A stretch of 64,000 nt of DNA from positions 20,137 to 84,136 of the forward strand of contig CALSML010000017.1 of the NCBI GenBank assembly GCA_943787445.1, given 5' to 3'. Under the pieces are notes generated by a model. The model was not told the DNA's origin, made no database searches, and was given only the letters and a program-made list of their open reading frames with translations. How positions within the stretch are numbered: the stretch's first letter is position 1; each line of letters starts with the position of its first letter. Source of the stretch: an uncultured Alphaproteobacteria bacterium. Lineage in GTDB: Bacteria > Pseudomonadota > Alphaproteobacteria > UBA6615. Position numbers and translations under genes: made by a program. Of the stretch, positions 43,550 through 53,009 are shown piece by piece.

Positions 43550-45622
43550 ATGGGTTACCGAATTTCCGTCGACACCGGCGGCACTTTCACCGACATGGTT
43601 CTGGTCAATGAGGATGGAAATTTCAGCATCGGCAAGGCCCTTACCACGCCGGAGCGAATTTCCGAAGGCATGTTCTCCGCGCTGGAAGTGGTCGCGGAAT
43701 CGGTTGGCAAGTCCGCACGCGACCTTCTGGCCGAAACCGACATCCTGATCTACGGCACAACCCGCGCCACCAACGCCGTTGTCACCAAGGCCACGGCGCG
43801 CACGGCATTCCTGACCACCACAGGCTTCCGGGACATTCTAGTGCTCAAGGAAGGCGGCAAGCACGGCCCCCATGACTACAGCTACGACTATCCCCAGCCC
43901 TATATTCCGCGCCGCCACACATTCGAGATCAACGAACGGATCGGCAGCGCCGGCGAGATCGTCCGGGAGCTGGACGAAGCTCAGGCCCGCACCGTGATCG
44001 AGACCCTGAAAGCACGGAATTTCGAAGCGGTTTCCGTCTCGCTGCTCTGGTGTATCGCCAACAATGCCCATGAATTGCGGATCGGTGAGCTGATCGAGGA
44101 AATCATGCCGAGCGTGCCCTACACCCTTTCCCACCAGCTTGCGCCGATCCTGCGCGAATACCGGCGCGCCTCGGCGACCTCCATCGACGCCTCACTGAAG
44201 CCGCTCATGCAGGCCCATCTACGCGGCATGCAGAGCGATCTGCTCGAAGCCGGGTTCTCCGGCGACCTGCTGGTCTCCACCTCGGTCGGCGGGTGTCAGG
44301 AAGTCGAAACCCTCGTTGAACGCCCGATCAACACGCTGAAATCTGGCCCCGCCATGGCACCCGTCGCCGGCCGGGCCTATTCGGCTCTCGAGAACATGGG
44401 CGGTGATGTCATCGTCTGCGACACCGGCGGCACCACCTTCGATGTCGGCCTGGTACGTGACAATCAGCTCGTCTATTCACGTGACAGCTGGCTCGGCCCG
44501 CAATGGCTCGGAGACATCATCGGGGCTTCCACCGTCGATGTCCGGTCCATTGGCGCGGGTGGCGGTTCCATTGCATGGCAGGACCCGGGCGGATTGCTGC
44601 GGGTTGGCCCCCAATCCGCGGGCTCGGTTCCCGGACCCGCCTGCTACGGCAATGGCGGCAACGAACCGACCGTGACCGATGCCGCACTGGTGCTCGGCTA
44701 TATCGACCCGAACTACTTCAACGGTGGCCGCCTGTCCCTCGACCGTGATGCCGCCGAGCGGGTGATCGGCGATTTCGGCAAGACCATCGGCAAGACGCTC
44801 GACGAGACCGCCCACGCCATCATGGTCATCGCCAATGAACTGATGATCAAGGCGATCGGAGAAATCACCGTCAATGACGGCCTCAATCCACGCGAGAGCG
44901 TGATTGTCGCCGGTGGCGGCGCCGCCGGGTTCAACATCATGCCCATCGCCCGCGAGCTGGGTTGCGACACGGTCATCCTGCCCAAGACCGCCTCCGCTCT
45001 CTCGGCCTGCGGGATGCAGTTTTCCTCCATCGTCTTCGAAGCGACCCGAAGCCGGTTCACCGCCTCGAACGAATTCGACATCGACGGGGTCAACACCGCC
45101 CTGCAGGAAATCGAAGCCGAATTGCAGGATTTCAAGGACAGCCTCGCCACGGCGGCCGGAGCCAAGACCACGATCGAGTTCTTCGTGGAAGCCCGTTACA
45201 AGGCGCAGGTCTGGGAACTGGACACGGCCCTGCCGAGCCAGCGGGTCGAGGGCGCAGATGCGGTCACGGCGCTGGCCGAAAGCTTCCATCAGACCCATGA
45301 GCGAGTGCACGCCGTGCGTGATGAAGGCAGCCCGGTGGAATTTGTGAACTGGAAGGGCCGAATTTCCATCGAACCGTTCAGCCCACCCGAGGCGCCGGAC
45401 CCCGTCAAGGGATCCCAGAGCCCGAAACCCGATGAAACACGCAGTTGCTTTTTCGGCGATGAACGCGTTTCGACGCCGGTCTATCGCGGCGACAATCTGA
45501 AGATCGGTGACACGCTTCAGGGCCCGGCCATCATCCAGGAAGCCACAACGACGATCGTCGTTTACCCCGATATGTCCGCACAACTGAGCGCTGCGGGCGA
45601 TTACATTCTCAACTGCTGTTGA
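43550..45622 (+). CDS. hyuA: hydantoinase/oxoprolinase family protein, A (ATP-binding) subunit
   Basis: MGYRISVDTGGTFTDMVLV start and VCDTGGTTFDVGLV second ASKHA motif; 690 aa. Confidence 0.9.
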   Translation: MGYRISVDTGGTFTDMVLVNEDGNFSIGKALTTPERISEGMFSALEVVAESVGKSARDLLAETDILIYGTTRATNAVVTKATARTAFLTTTGFRDILVLKEGGKHGPHDYSYDYPQPYIPRRHTFEINERIGSAGEIVRELDEAQARTVIETLKARNFEAVSVSLLWCIANNAHELRIGELIEEIMPSVPYTLSHQLAPILREYRRASATSIDASLKPLMQAHLRGMQSDLLEAGFSGDLLVSTSVGGCQEVETLVERPINTLKSGPAMAPVAGRAYSALENMGGDVIVCDTGGTTFDVGLVRDNQLVYSRDSWLGPQWLGDIIGASTVDVRSIGAGGGSIAWQDPGGLLRVGPQSAGSVPGPACYGNGGNEPTVTDAALVLGYIDPNYFNGGRLSLDRDAAERVIGDFGKTIGKTLDETAHAIMVIANELMIKAIGEITVNDGLNPRESVIVAGGGAAGFNIMPIARELGCDTVILPKTASALSACGMQFSSIVFEATRSRFTASNEFDIDGVNTALQEIEAELQDFKDSLATAAGAKTTIEFFVEARYKAQVWELDTALPSQRVEGADAVTALAESFHQTHERVHAVRDEGSPVEFVNWKGRISIEPFSPPEAPDPVKGSQSPKPDETRSCFFGDERVSTPVYRGDNLKIGDTLQGPAIIQEATTTIVVYPDMSAQLSAAGDYILNCC

Positions 45623-45635
45623 GGGGAGAAAGACC

Positions 45636-47432
45636 ATGAGCGAAAAAGAATCCACTCTCGACCCCGTCCTGATCTCTGTGATGGCCAATCGTCTCGACGG
45701 CATCGTCCGCGAGATGACCAACACATTGCTGCGTTCGGCGCGATCCGCCGTGATCTCCTCGGCGCGTGACTTTTCGTGCTGTCTCGTGACCGGGGATGAT
45801 CAGTTGCTCGCCCCCGCCGAAGGTCTGCCGGTGCATATTTTCGGCTGCCACATTCAGACCGCGAATATGCGGAAATATCACGGCGACGACATCAAACGCG
45901 GTGATGCCTATCTCGACAACGATCCCTATGGCGGCAACACCCATCCCGCCGATCACACCTTCATGGTGCCGGTCTTCTTCGAAGGTGAACATCTCTTCAC
46001 GACGGTGTCCAAATGCCACATGGCCGATATCGGCAACTCGATCCCGTCGAGCTATTTCGTCCGGGCCAAGGATGTCTATGAAGAAGGCGCCCTCGTCTTC
46101 CCGGGCGTCCGCATCCAGCGCGACTTCGAGAATATCGAGGACATCATGCGCATGTGCCGCGCACGTATCCGCGTGCCCGACCAATGGTATGGCGACTACC
46201 TCGCCGGCCTGGGTTCGGCACGTATCGCCGAGCGGCGCCTCGAAGCCTTCTGCGAGAAATACGGCAAGGAAACCGTGAAGGCCTTCTTCAGGGAATGGTT
46301 CGACTATTCCGAACGTCGCATGGTCGACAACATCCGGCGCCTGCCCAAGGCCAGTCTGGTCAACAAGGGCCGCTCGGACCCCCTCACCGGTCTGCTCCCC
46401 GACGGGCTGGAACTGACCGTGAAGGTCGATATCGATCCCGAGGAAGCCGAAATCCATATCGATCTGTCGGACAATCCGCCCTCGGTGGATGCCGGTCTCA
46501 ACACCTCACTGGGTGCAGCCACCTCCGCTGTGGTAGGCGCCGTCTTCAATGCCCTCGACAAGGATCTGCCGCGCAACGAAGGGGCCTTCCGGCGGCTGAA
46601 GTTCACCTATGCCGAAGACAGTGTGGTCGCAGCGCCGAAATTCCCCCATTCATGCTCGGTCGCAACAACCAATGTGTCCGAACGACTGGTCAACATCACC
46701 CAGTCGGCCTTTGCCCAACTGGGTGACGGCATGGGCCTGTCGGAAGGGGGCGCCGGTCTCGGCGCCGGCATGGCGGTGATCTCCGGCAATGATGCCAGTC
46801 GCGGCGGTGAGCCCTATGTGAACCGGCTGATGCTCTCGACCAATGGCGGGCCGGCCAGCCCGGTGGCCGATGGCTGGGTCAATTACGCGATCCCCGTCAT
46901 CGCGGGGCTGATGTACCGGGACTCCGTCGAAGTGGATGAACTCAAACATCCGATCCGGGTGGAATCTTTGGGTATCGTTACCGATTCCTCCGGCGCCGGC
47001 CGCCGCCGTGGGGCACCCGCGCAGCAGATCGAATACGGCCCCACCGAATCCCCGATGATCGCGGTGATTTCCTGCGATGGGCAGCACACACCCCCGCGTG
47101 GAGTCGTCGGCGGTCTGGATGGCACGGCCGGTGAAACATGGCAGATCGAGGACGGCGTCCAGTCCGAGCGACTGCCCAACGTGATCCAGCTGCATTTGGA
47201 CCCCGGCCAGCGCGTGCGGGGCCGGGATTCCTCCGGCGGCGGATACGGCGACCCGCTCGATCGTGAACTCGAACGGGTGACCGTCGATGTCCTCGAAGGC
47301 TGGGAAACCCGCGAGAAAGCACACGATATCTATGGTGTGGTCTTCACCGGTGAAATCGACGACGAAACTCTGGAGCCGGATGTCGCGGCCACGGAAGCCC
47401 GTCGTGCCGAGATCAGGGCCGCACGGGCCTAA
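45636..47432 (+). CDS. hyuB: hydantoinase B/oxoprolinase family protein, B subunit
   Basis: 598-aa ORF 13 nt after hyuA; typical HyuB N-terminus LDPVLISVMANRLDGIVREM. Confidence 0.9.
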   Translation: MSEKESTLDPVLISVMANRLDGIVREMTNTLLRSARSAVISSARDFSCCLVTGDDQLLAPAEGLPVHIFGCHIQTANMRKYHGDDIKRGDAYLDNDPYGGNTHPADHTFMVPVFFEGEHLFTTVSKCHMADIGNSIPSSYFVRAKDVYEEGALVFPGVRIQRDFENIEDIMRMCRARIRVPDQWYGDYLAGLGSARIAERRLEAFCEKYGKETVKAFFREWFDYSERRMVDNIRRLPKASLVNKGRSDPLTGLLPDGLELTVKVDIDPEEAEIHIDLSDNPPSVDAGLNTSLGAATSAVVGAVFNALDKDLPRNEGAFRRLKFTYAEDSVVAAPKFPHSCSVATTNVSERLVNITQSAFAQLGDGMGLSEGGAGLGAGMAVISGNDASRGGEPYVNRLMLSTNGGPASPVADGWVNYAIPVIAGLMYRDSVEVDELKHPIRVESLGIVTDSSGAGRRRGAPAQQIEYGPTESPMIAVISCDGQHTPPRGVVGGLDGTAGETWQIEDGVQSERLPNVIQLHLDPGQRVRGRDSSGGGYGDPLDRELERVTVDVLEGWETREKAHDIYGVVFTGEIDDETLEPDVAATEARRAEIRAARA

Positions 47433-48547
47433 CGGTAAAAGTCGTCGGTCTCCAGCGGGAGCGCCAGCCTTTCACCCCGTTTGGCCGAAAGGTCGATGGC
47501 CATGCAGAGCAACAGGTTCTGGTGGCCTTCGGCCGCGGTCGTATGTGGTGTGTCCTGCCCCATATAGAGGCGCTGGAACCAGGAATTGGTTTCTTCACGC
47601 ACCGGTCCCCAGACCTGACCAACCGCGTGTTCGCCGAAAGGGATGCTGCCCATAAAGTCCACATGGCGCGGCATTTCCTCGTTCTCGCCCTTCTTGTATC
47701 CGGCGCCCTGAGGTAATTCGCTCGCCAGCACCAGATCGCGGTGCATGTCCTCGATATCGATCACGCCGCGATCACCGATGATCCCGATCTGCATGCCGTA
47801 AACGGCTCCCGGCCACACCAGCGGCGCTACCCAGCTGTGATTGAGCGAGAGCATGCCCCCGTCATCCAGTTCGATGATGGCAAAAGTCGCATCCTTGCTG
47901 CCCGCCGCACCGAACACATGATCGGTTGAATGGGCATAGACCGAGACCGGTTTTTTCCCCGCCAGCAGCCAAAGGCACATGTCCAGCACATGGGTTCCGC
48001 TGATCACCACCGGTGTGGTCGTGTCATGTTGATTGGCGCGCGCCAGACACATTTCGGCAATCTTGCGGTTGAGCATGGCGCGGGCCGATACGGCAGTGAC
48101 AGCCCCGATCTGTCCGGTCATCAGGCGCTCCTTCACAGTCAGAAATCGTCGCCGGAACCGTTGGGTGTATCCCATCACCGCATCGACGCCCGCGCTCGCG
48201 ATGGCCTGCGCGATCTGCTCGGATTCCCGCACATCCACCGCCAGTGGCTTTTCGATGAACAAACGATGGCCATGCTCGAGCGCCTGCATCACCGGCACGA
48301 CATGGGCGGATTCCTGGGTCGCAATGATCGCGGCATTGACCTCGGGTCGCGCAAGGAGCTCGGCGGCGTCGGTCGTGACGAAATCGGCACCTACATCACG
48401 GCCCAGATCTGTTGCGAGGTCCTCCCGGACGTCGCAAACACCCAGCCAGCCAACACCAGGGTAGTCGCGTGCCAGCTCTGCCCGAATGCGCCCGATGGGA
48501 CCACAGCCGATCACCACAAGTCCGATCTCCTGTCCCCGACCAGCCAT
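47429..48547 (-). CDS. Gfo/Idh/MocA family oxidoreductase
   Basis: ATG 48547 preceded by GGAGGAG; Rossmann IGLVVIGCGPIGRIRA; the remainder of ORF 47429-48979 is an upstream run-on. Confidence 0.85.
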   Translation of the reverse strand: MAGRGQEIGLVVIGCGPIGRIRAELARDYPGVGWLGVCDVREDLATDLGRDVGADFVTTDAAELLARPEVNAAIIATQESAHVVPVMQALEHGHRLFIEKPLAVDVRESEQIAQAIASAGVDAVMGYTQRFRRRFLTVKERLMTGQIGAVTAVSARAMLNRKIAEMCLARANQHDTTTPVVISGTHVLDMCLWLLAGKKPVSVYAHSTDHVFGAAGSKDATFAIIELDDGGMLSLNHSWVAPLVWPGAVYGMQIGIIGDRGVIDIEDMHRDLVLASELPQGAGYKKGENEEMPRHVDFMGSIPFGEHAVGQVWGPVREETNSWFQRLYMGQDTPHTTAAEGHQNLLLCMAIDLSAKRGERLALPLETDDFYR

Positions 48548-48655
48548 ATCTTTCTCCTCCGACAATGCGGGCATTCTAGACTGTCCTGCAGCAATGGCAT
48601 AAAGACTTGCGAGTTCCCGCGCGACTTCGACGCCTTTTTTTTGCGACAGCCCATC

Positions 48656-49942
48656 ATGACCACTGGTCGACCCGAAGCTTCCAATCCACGTCCCTACAGC
48701 CGTCGCGCCGCGATCCTGCGCATGGTGCCGGTGCTCGCCATCACATTCATTCTCGCGCATTTTCTGCGCTCGGCACCCGCCGTTATCGCCCCCAATCTGC
48801 GCACCGAACTGGGTCTGACACCGGGCCAGCTTTCGAGCCTGCCCGCAGCGATCTTTCTGGGCGCAGCCCTGATGCAACTGCCCGTCGGTGTCCTGCTGGA
48901 TCGGTTTGGGCCCCGGCGCACCATGTCCGGATTGTTCAGCCTCGCCGCGCTGGGTGCCATCATCTTTTCGATCTCCCACAGCGTGCCCATGCTGGCGCTG
49001 GCACTTTTCCTAATCGGCTGTGGCGCTGCACCCGTCTTCATGGGGGTGATGGTTTTGCTCGCACGCTGGATTCCACGTGATCGGCTGGCCACCGGAACCG
49101 CAATATCGATTTCAGTGGGCGGCGCCGGCATGCTCCTTTCCGCTTCACCCTTTGCCGCCGCCGTCGAACTCTATGGCTGGCGGGCTTCCCTGCTTGCGGT
49201 GGGCATATTTTCCCTTGGTGTCGTCATCGTGCTGCTGCTGATGGTCCGCGACCGTCCCGAAGACGTGCCTGCCCCGGCCGTCGGCGAAACCCTGCTGCAA
49301 ACCATACTCGGCCTGCGCACGGTCCTCAGCGACAAGAGGATTTACTCCTTTGCCGCCGCCACCGGCGTTTCCGTCGGCGCGCTGGTGACCATTCGCAATC
49401 TCTGGATCGGCCCCTATCTCAACGATGTCTTCGAACTCGACATCATCGCCCGGGGCAATGTGATCTTTCTTGTTTCTGTCGCGTGGCTGTGCAGCGCGCT
49501 GATGTACGGCCCTCTCGACCGCTGGTTCGACACGCGGCGCGGCGTGGTGACCGGCGGCATGCTGCTCTACACAGCCACGCTCATCGCGCTGGCCATCAAC
49601 TCCAGCCCCTCTGTGGTGATCGCAACGATCCTGCTTTCGGCCTTCGCCCTGTTTGCCGCCATGGCTTCACCGATTTTTGCCCATGCCCGCAGTCTCTTCC
49701 CCGAAACCCATACGGGGCGCGCCTTCACGGCGATCAACGTGTTCACATGGACGGGCGTATTCCTGATGCAGATGGGTACCGGCGCGATCCTCGACGCCTT
49801 TCCCGTGGACGCACTCGGGCGCAGCCCCGCCGAGGCCTACCGAACCATGTTCGGGGTCCTGGCGGTCGCCATGCTGATTGCACTGGTGTTCTATCGCAGG
49901 GTGGCCGACGCCCCACCATCGGCAGAGCGCGGTGCATCCTGA
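48656..49942 (+). CDS. MFS transporter
   Basis: ATG 48656 within ORF 47930-49942; about 12 hydrophobic segments; MFS loop motif LDRFGPRRT. Confidence 0.8.
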   Translation: MTTGRPEASNPRPYSRRAAILRMVPVLAITFILAHFLRSAPAVIAPNLRTELGLTPGQLSSLPAAIFLGAALMQLPVGVLLDRFGPRRTMSGLFSLAALGAIIFSISHSVPMLALALFLIGCGAAPVFMGVMVLLARWIPRDRLATGTAISISVGGAGMLLSASPFAAAVELYGWRASLLAVGIFSLGVVIVLLLMVRDRPEDVPAPAVGETLLQTILGLRTVLSDKRIYSFAAATGVSVGALVTIRNLWIGPYLNDVFELDIIARGNVIFLVSVAWLCSALMYGPLDRWFDTRRGVVTGGMLLYTATLIALAINSSPSVVIATILLSAFALFAAMASPIFAHARSLFPETHTGRAFTAINVFTWTGVFLMQMGTGAILDAFPVDALGRSPAEAYRTMFGVLAVAMLIALVFYRRVADAPPSAERGAS

Positions 49943-49955
49943 TGGGGAATCGCGT

Positions 49956-50960
49956 CTAGACGAAGACCTTTTTCATCTGTGCGTCCGGATAGCGGTTGCC
50001 GGCAGCGGCACCAACCGGAACAGCAGCAGAGATTTCAGCGATCTCATCAGCCGTCAGTGAAATACCCACCGCAGCAATATTCTCATCAAGGCGCTCGGCC
50101 CGCTTCGTACCCGGGATCGCGACAATATCGTCGCCCAGGCCAATCAGCCAGGCCAGCACCAGCTGCGCAGGGGTACAGCCCTTCTTGTCGGCATAGGCCG
50201 CCACCCGCAGGATCAGTTCGCGATTGGCCTGGAAGTTGTCCTTGTTGAACCGGGGATGCCGATAATGCGGGTCATCCTCGTCCACCGTTTCGGCATTAAC
50301 GAACTGATCGGTCAGAATACCCCGACCCAGCGGCGAATAGGCGACGAAGGTGATACCCAGTTCCTGGGTCGCAGCCCGGATCTGTTCGGCTTCCTCGCGA
50401 TACATCAGCGAGAATTCACTCTGCACGGCAGCGAGCGGGTGGGTGGCATGCGCCTTGCGGATGGTTTCCGGCCTGGCTTCACAGATGCCGATGGCTTTGA
50501 CCTTCCCCTGCTCGACGAGTTTGGCCATGGCGCCGACCGTCTCCTCGATCGGAGTCTCCTGATCCACGCGATGCTGATAGTAGAGATCGATCACATCCAC
50601 GCCGAGACGCTGCAGGCTCTTTTCGCAGGCTTCGATCACATACTCCGGACGTCCATTGACGCCCATGCCACCACCTTCCAGCTGGGTCTGACCAAACTTG
50701 GTCGCCAGCACAACCTTGTCGCGATACCCGCCCTTGAGCGCGCGCGCGAGCACATCCTCGTTGTGGCCCCAGCCATACATGTCGGAGGAATCGAGAAAGT
50801 CGATTCCCTGATCGATTGCATAGTGAACAAATTTCACCGTCTCATCGTCATCAGCGGCCCCATAGACACCGGAGAAGGACATGCAGCCCAGTCCAATAGG
50901 TGCACATTTCAGATCGCTCGAACCAAGCTGGCGTTTCGTTGCAGATTTCAGATCAGCCAT
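49956..50960 (-). CDS. aldo/keto reductase
   Basis: 334-aa ORF; AKR-typical GLGCMSFSG, GIDFLDSSDMYG and AIPGTKRAERLDEN. Confidence 0.9.
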   Translation of the reverse strand: MADLKSATKRQLGSSDLKCAPIGLGCMSFSGVYGAADDDETVKFVHYAIDQGIDFLDSSDMYGWGHNEDVLARALKGGYRDKVVLATKFGQTQLEGGGMGVNGRPEYVIEACEKSLQRLGVDVIDLYYQHRVDQETPIEETVGAMAKLVEQGKVKAIGICEARPETIRKAHATHPLAAVQSEFSLMYREEAEQIRAATQELGITFVAYSPLGRGILTDQFVNAETVDEDDPHYRHPRFNKDNFQANRELILRVAAYADKKGCTPAQLVLAWLIGLGDDIVAIPGTKRAERLDENIAAVGISLTADEIAEISAAVPVGAAAGNRYPDAQMKKVFV

Positions 50961-51071
50961 TTCATTTCTCTCCCCAGGCGCCCGGCATCGCGGTGCCCAT
51001 CAAAAATTCTCTCTCGCTTCCATTATAGCAGGCATTCCTCCAAAGTTGGACACGGAAAGAAGGGAAAAGCC

Positions 51072-51503
51072 ATGCCGGTTTATGAAGGTGGATGCCATTG
51101 CAAGAATCTGAGGATCGCGTTCACAACCGATCTCACACCGGACCAGATGCAGCCGCGATCCTGCCAGTGTTCCTTCTGCATCAAGCATGCCACCGGCGCG
51201 ATCTCCGATCCCAATGGCAGCCTGACAATCACCATGCAGAACCCCGATGACGTCAGCCGGTATCATATCGGAATCGGGATTTCGGACTTTGTAATCTGCC
51301 GAAATTGCGGGGTCTATATCGGTGCCTACATGCCCGACGATGACGGGGCCTATGCCAATGTGATGGCCCATATTCTGGATGATCACGCCCGCTTCACCCT
51401 GCCATCTGTACCCGTTGTCAGAACCAGTGAAAGCGAATCCGAAAAACGTGCGCGCCGGCGGGCCGCGTGGACACCAGCGGTGATCCTGCCGTCACAAGAA
51501 TGA
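51072..51503 (+). CDS. GFA (glutathione-dependent formaldehyde-activating/CENP-V) family protein
   Basis: 143-aa product MPVYEGGCHCKNLRIAF with Cys clusters CHC, CQCSFC and CRNC. Confidence 0.7.
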   Translation: MPVYEGGCHCKNLRIAFTTDLTPDQMQPRSCQCSFCIKHATGAISDPNGSLTITMQNPDDVSRYHIGIGISDFVICRNCGVYIGAYMPDDDGAYANVMAHILDDHARFTLPSVPVVRTSESESEKRARRRAAWTPAVILPSQE

Positions 51504-52720
51504 AGCCCCCAACACCGTCATCCCCAACACTCTGGTTTGTCCTGCTAGCCGTGACGCTGGTGCAGGCCGTGTCCACGTTTTCGAGCCTCACACTTGCTGC
51601 GACGGCGCCGGCCGTGGCCGCCGATATCGGTGTCGCCGCCGAATTTATCGGATTCCAGATCGCACTCGTTTATTTGGGTGCTTCCCTGATATCGGCAACA
51701 TCCGGTTTCCTGTTGCGTCGATGGGGTCCCGGGCGGGTTAGCCAGATCAGCCTCATCCTATGCGGTCTCGGCGCGGCCATGATGGCGGTCCCGTCGGTTG
51801 CCGCGATCGCCTTCGGATCACTCTTCATGGGCCTTGGATACGGCATGACGAATCCGTCTGGTGCCGAGCTCCTGATGCGGATCACCCCCCAACACCGACG
51901 CAACATCGTCTACTCGATCAAACAGACCGGAATTCCCCTTGGCGGCATCCTCGCCGCTGCGATCGCCCCAGTGATGACGGAAACCATCAGCTGGCACGCC
52001 GCACCGCTAATCGGTGCGTTCAGTTGCTTCGTCATCGCAATCGCCTTGCAGCCCTGGCGGGACGGCTGGGATCACGCGCGCGACCCCGACGCGCGACTGG
52101 ATTCCACTGCATTCAGCGCCATGACCCTGATCTGGCGCCTCCCCACCTTGCGCTGGATGGGCGTGGCTGGATTCAACTACGCATTCATCCAGCTCGCCCT
52201 TTCCGCCTTTACGGTCACCATTCTGGTGGTCGAGGCACAGTTCAGCCTGATCGCGGCCGGCGCGGTTCTCGCTGCCGTTCAGGCCACCGGCCTGATCGGA
52301 CGTCTGGTCTGGGGATGGATTGCCGACCGGTGGGGGATCGGGGATCAGCTGCTCATTGTGATGGGCGTGCTCAACACAGCAGGCGGGGTCGCCATGATCT
52401 GGATCGGGCCCGGCTGGTCCGTCTGGGCAATTTACGGATTTTTCCTGATTTTTGCGGCCAGTGCCTATGGCTGGACCGGCATCTTCATGACCTCGACCGT
52501 AAACCATGCACCGCCAGCCTATGCGGGTACTGCGGTGGGCGGAATCGGTGTCCCTGTCTATGCCGGGGTCATTTTCGGCACAGCGGCCGTGTCACTTCTG
52601 GCCGATGCCATGGGCAGCGTGTCCAACGCCTTCGCGATCGTCGCGCTTCTGGCGGCAATCGGCGCGCTCGCGCTGGCAAAAGCCCGGCGCGTCGCCACTG
52701 GATCCCCGACTGCACTCTGA
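51500..52720 (+). CDS. MFS transporter
   Basis: ATG 51500 overlaps the GFA stop (ATGA); about 12 TM segments. Confidence 0.8.
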   Translation: MKPPTPSSPTLWFVLLAVTLVQAVSTFSSLTLAATAPAVAADIGVAAEFIGFQIALVYLGASLISATSGFLLRRWGPGRVSQISLILCGLGAAMMAVPSVAAIAFGSLFMGLGYGMTNPSGAELLMRITPQHRRNIVYSIKQTGIPLGGILAAAIAPVMTETISWHAAPLIGAFSCFVIAIALQPWRDGWDHARDPDARLDSTAFSAMTLIWRLPTLRWMGVAGFNYAFIQLALSAFTVTILVVEAQFSLIAAGAVLAAVQATGLIGRLVWGWIADRWGIGDQLLIVMGVLNTAGGVAMIWIGPGWSVWAIYGFFLIFAASAYGWTGIFMTSTVNHAPPAYAGTAVGGIGVPVYAGVIFGTAAVSLLADAMGSVSNAFAIVALLAAIGALALAKARRVATGSPTAL

Positions 52721-52984
52721 TCAGGCTTTGCCGATCCGCGGCATGGCCGGGTCGCGTTGCCCGAAGGCCTTGTCGAGAACCATCGTGCTGTTTTCTGCCA
52801 GCGCGATGCTTTCGGCCAGATGGTTCAGGATCTTGATGTTGTTGTTCATCACGGCCACCGCTTCCGGGCGCTTGTCATCCATGATCTTGGTGGCGCGTTC
52901 AAACATCTCGTTGCGGATTGCGCCGAGAATGTCTTCCAGCTTGTAACCTTCCGGATTTTCATCCGTGACAAGAAATCGAGACAT
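52721..52984 (-). CDS. small conserved-looking hypothetical protein (87 aa)
   Basis: ORF 25 nt downstream of the monooxygenase on the same strand; soluble helical composition (MSRFLVTDENPEGYKLEDILGAIRNEMFERATKIM); function unknown to me. Confidence 0.5.
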   Translation of the reverse strand: MSRFLVTDENPEGYKLEDILGAIRNEMFERATKIMDDKRPEAVAVMNNNIKILNHLAESIALAENSTMVLDKAFGQRDPAMPRIGKA

Positions 52985-53009
52985 GATGTCCTCGCATTAG
53001 GTTTTCGTT

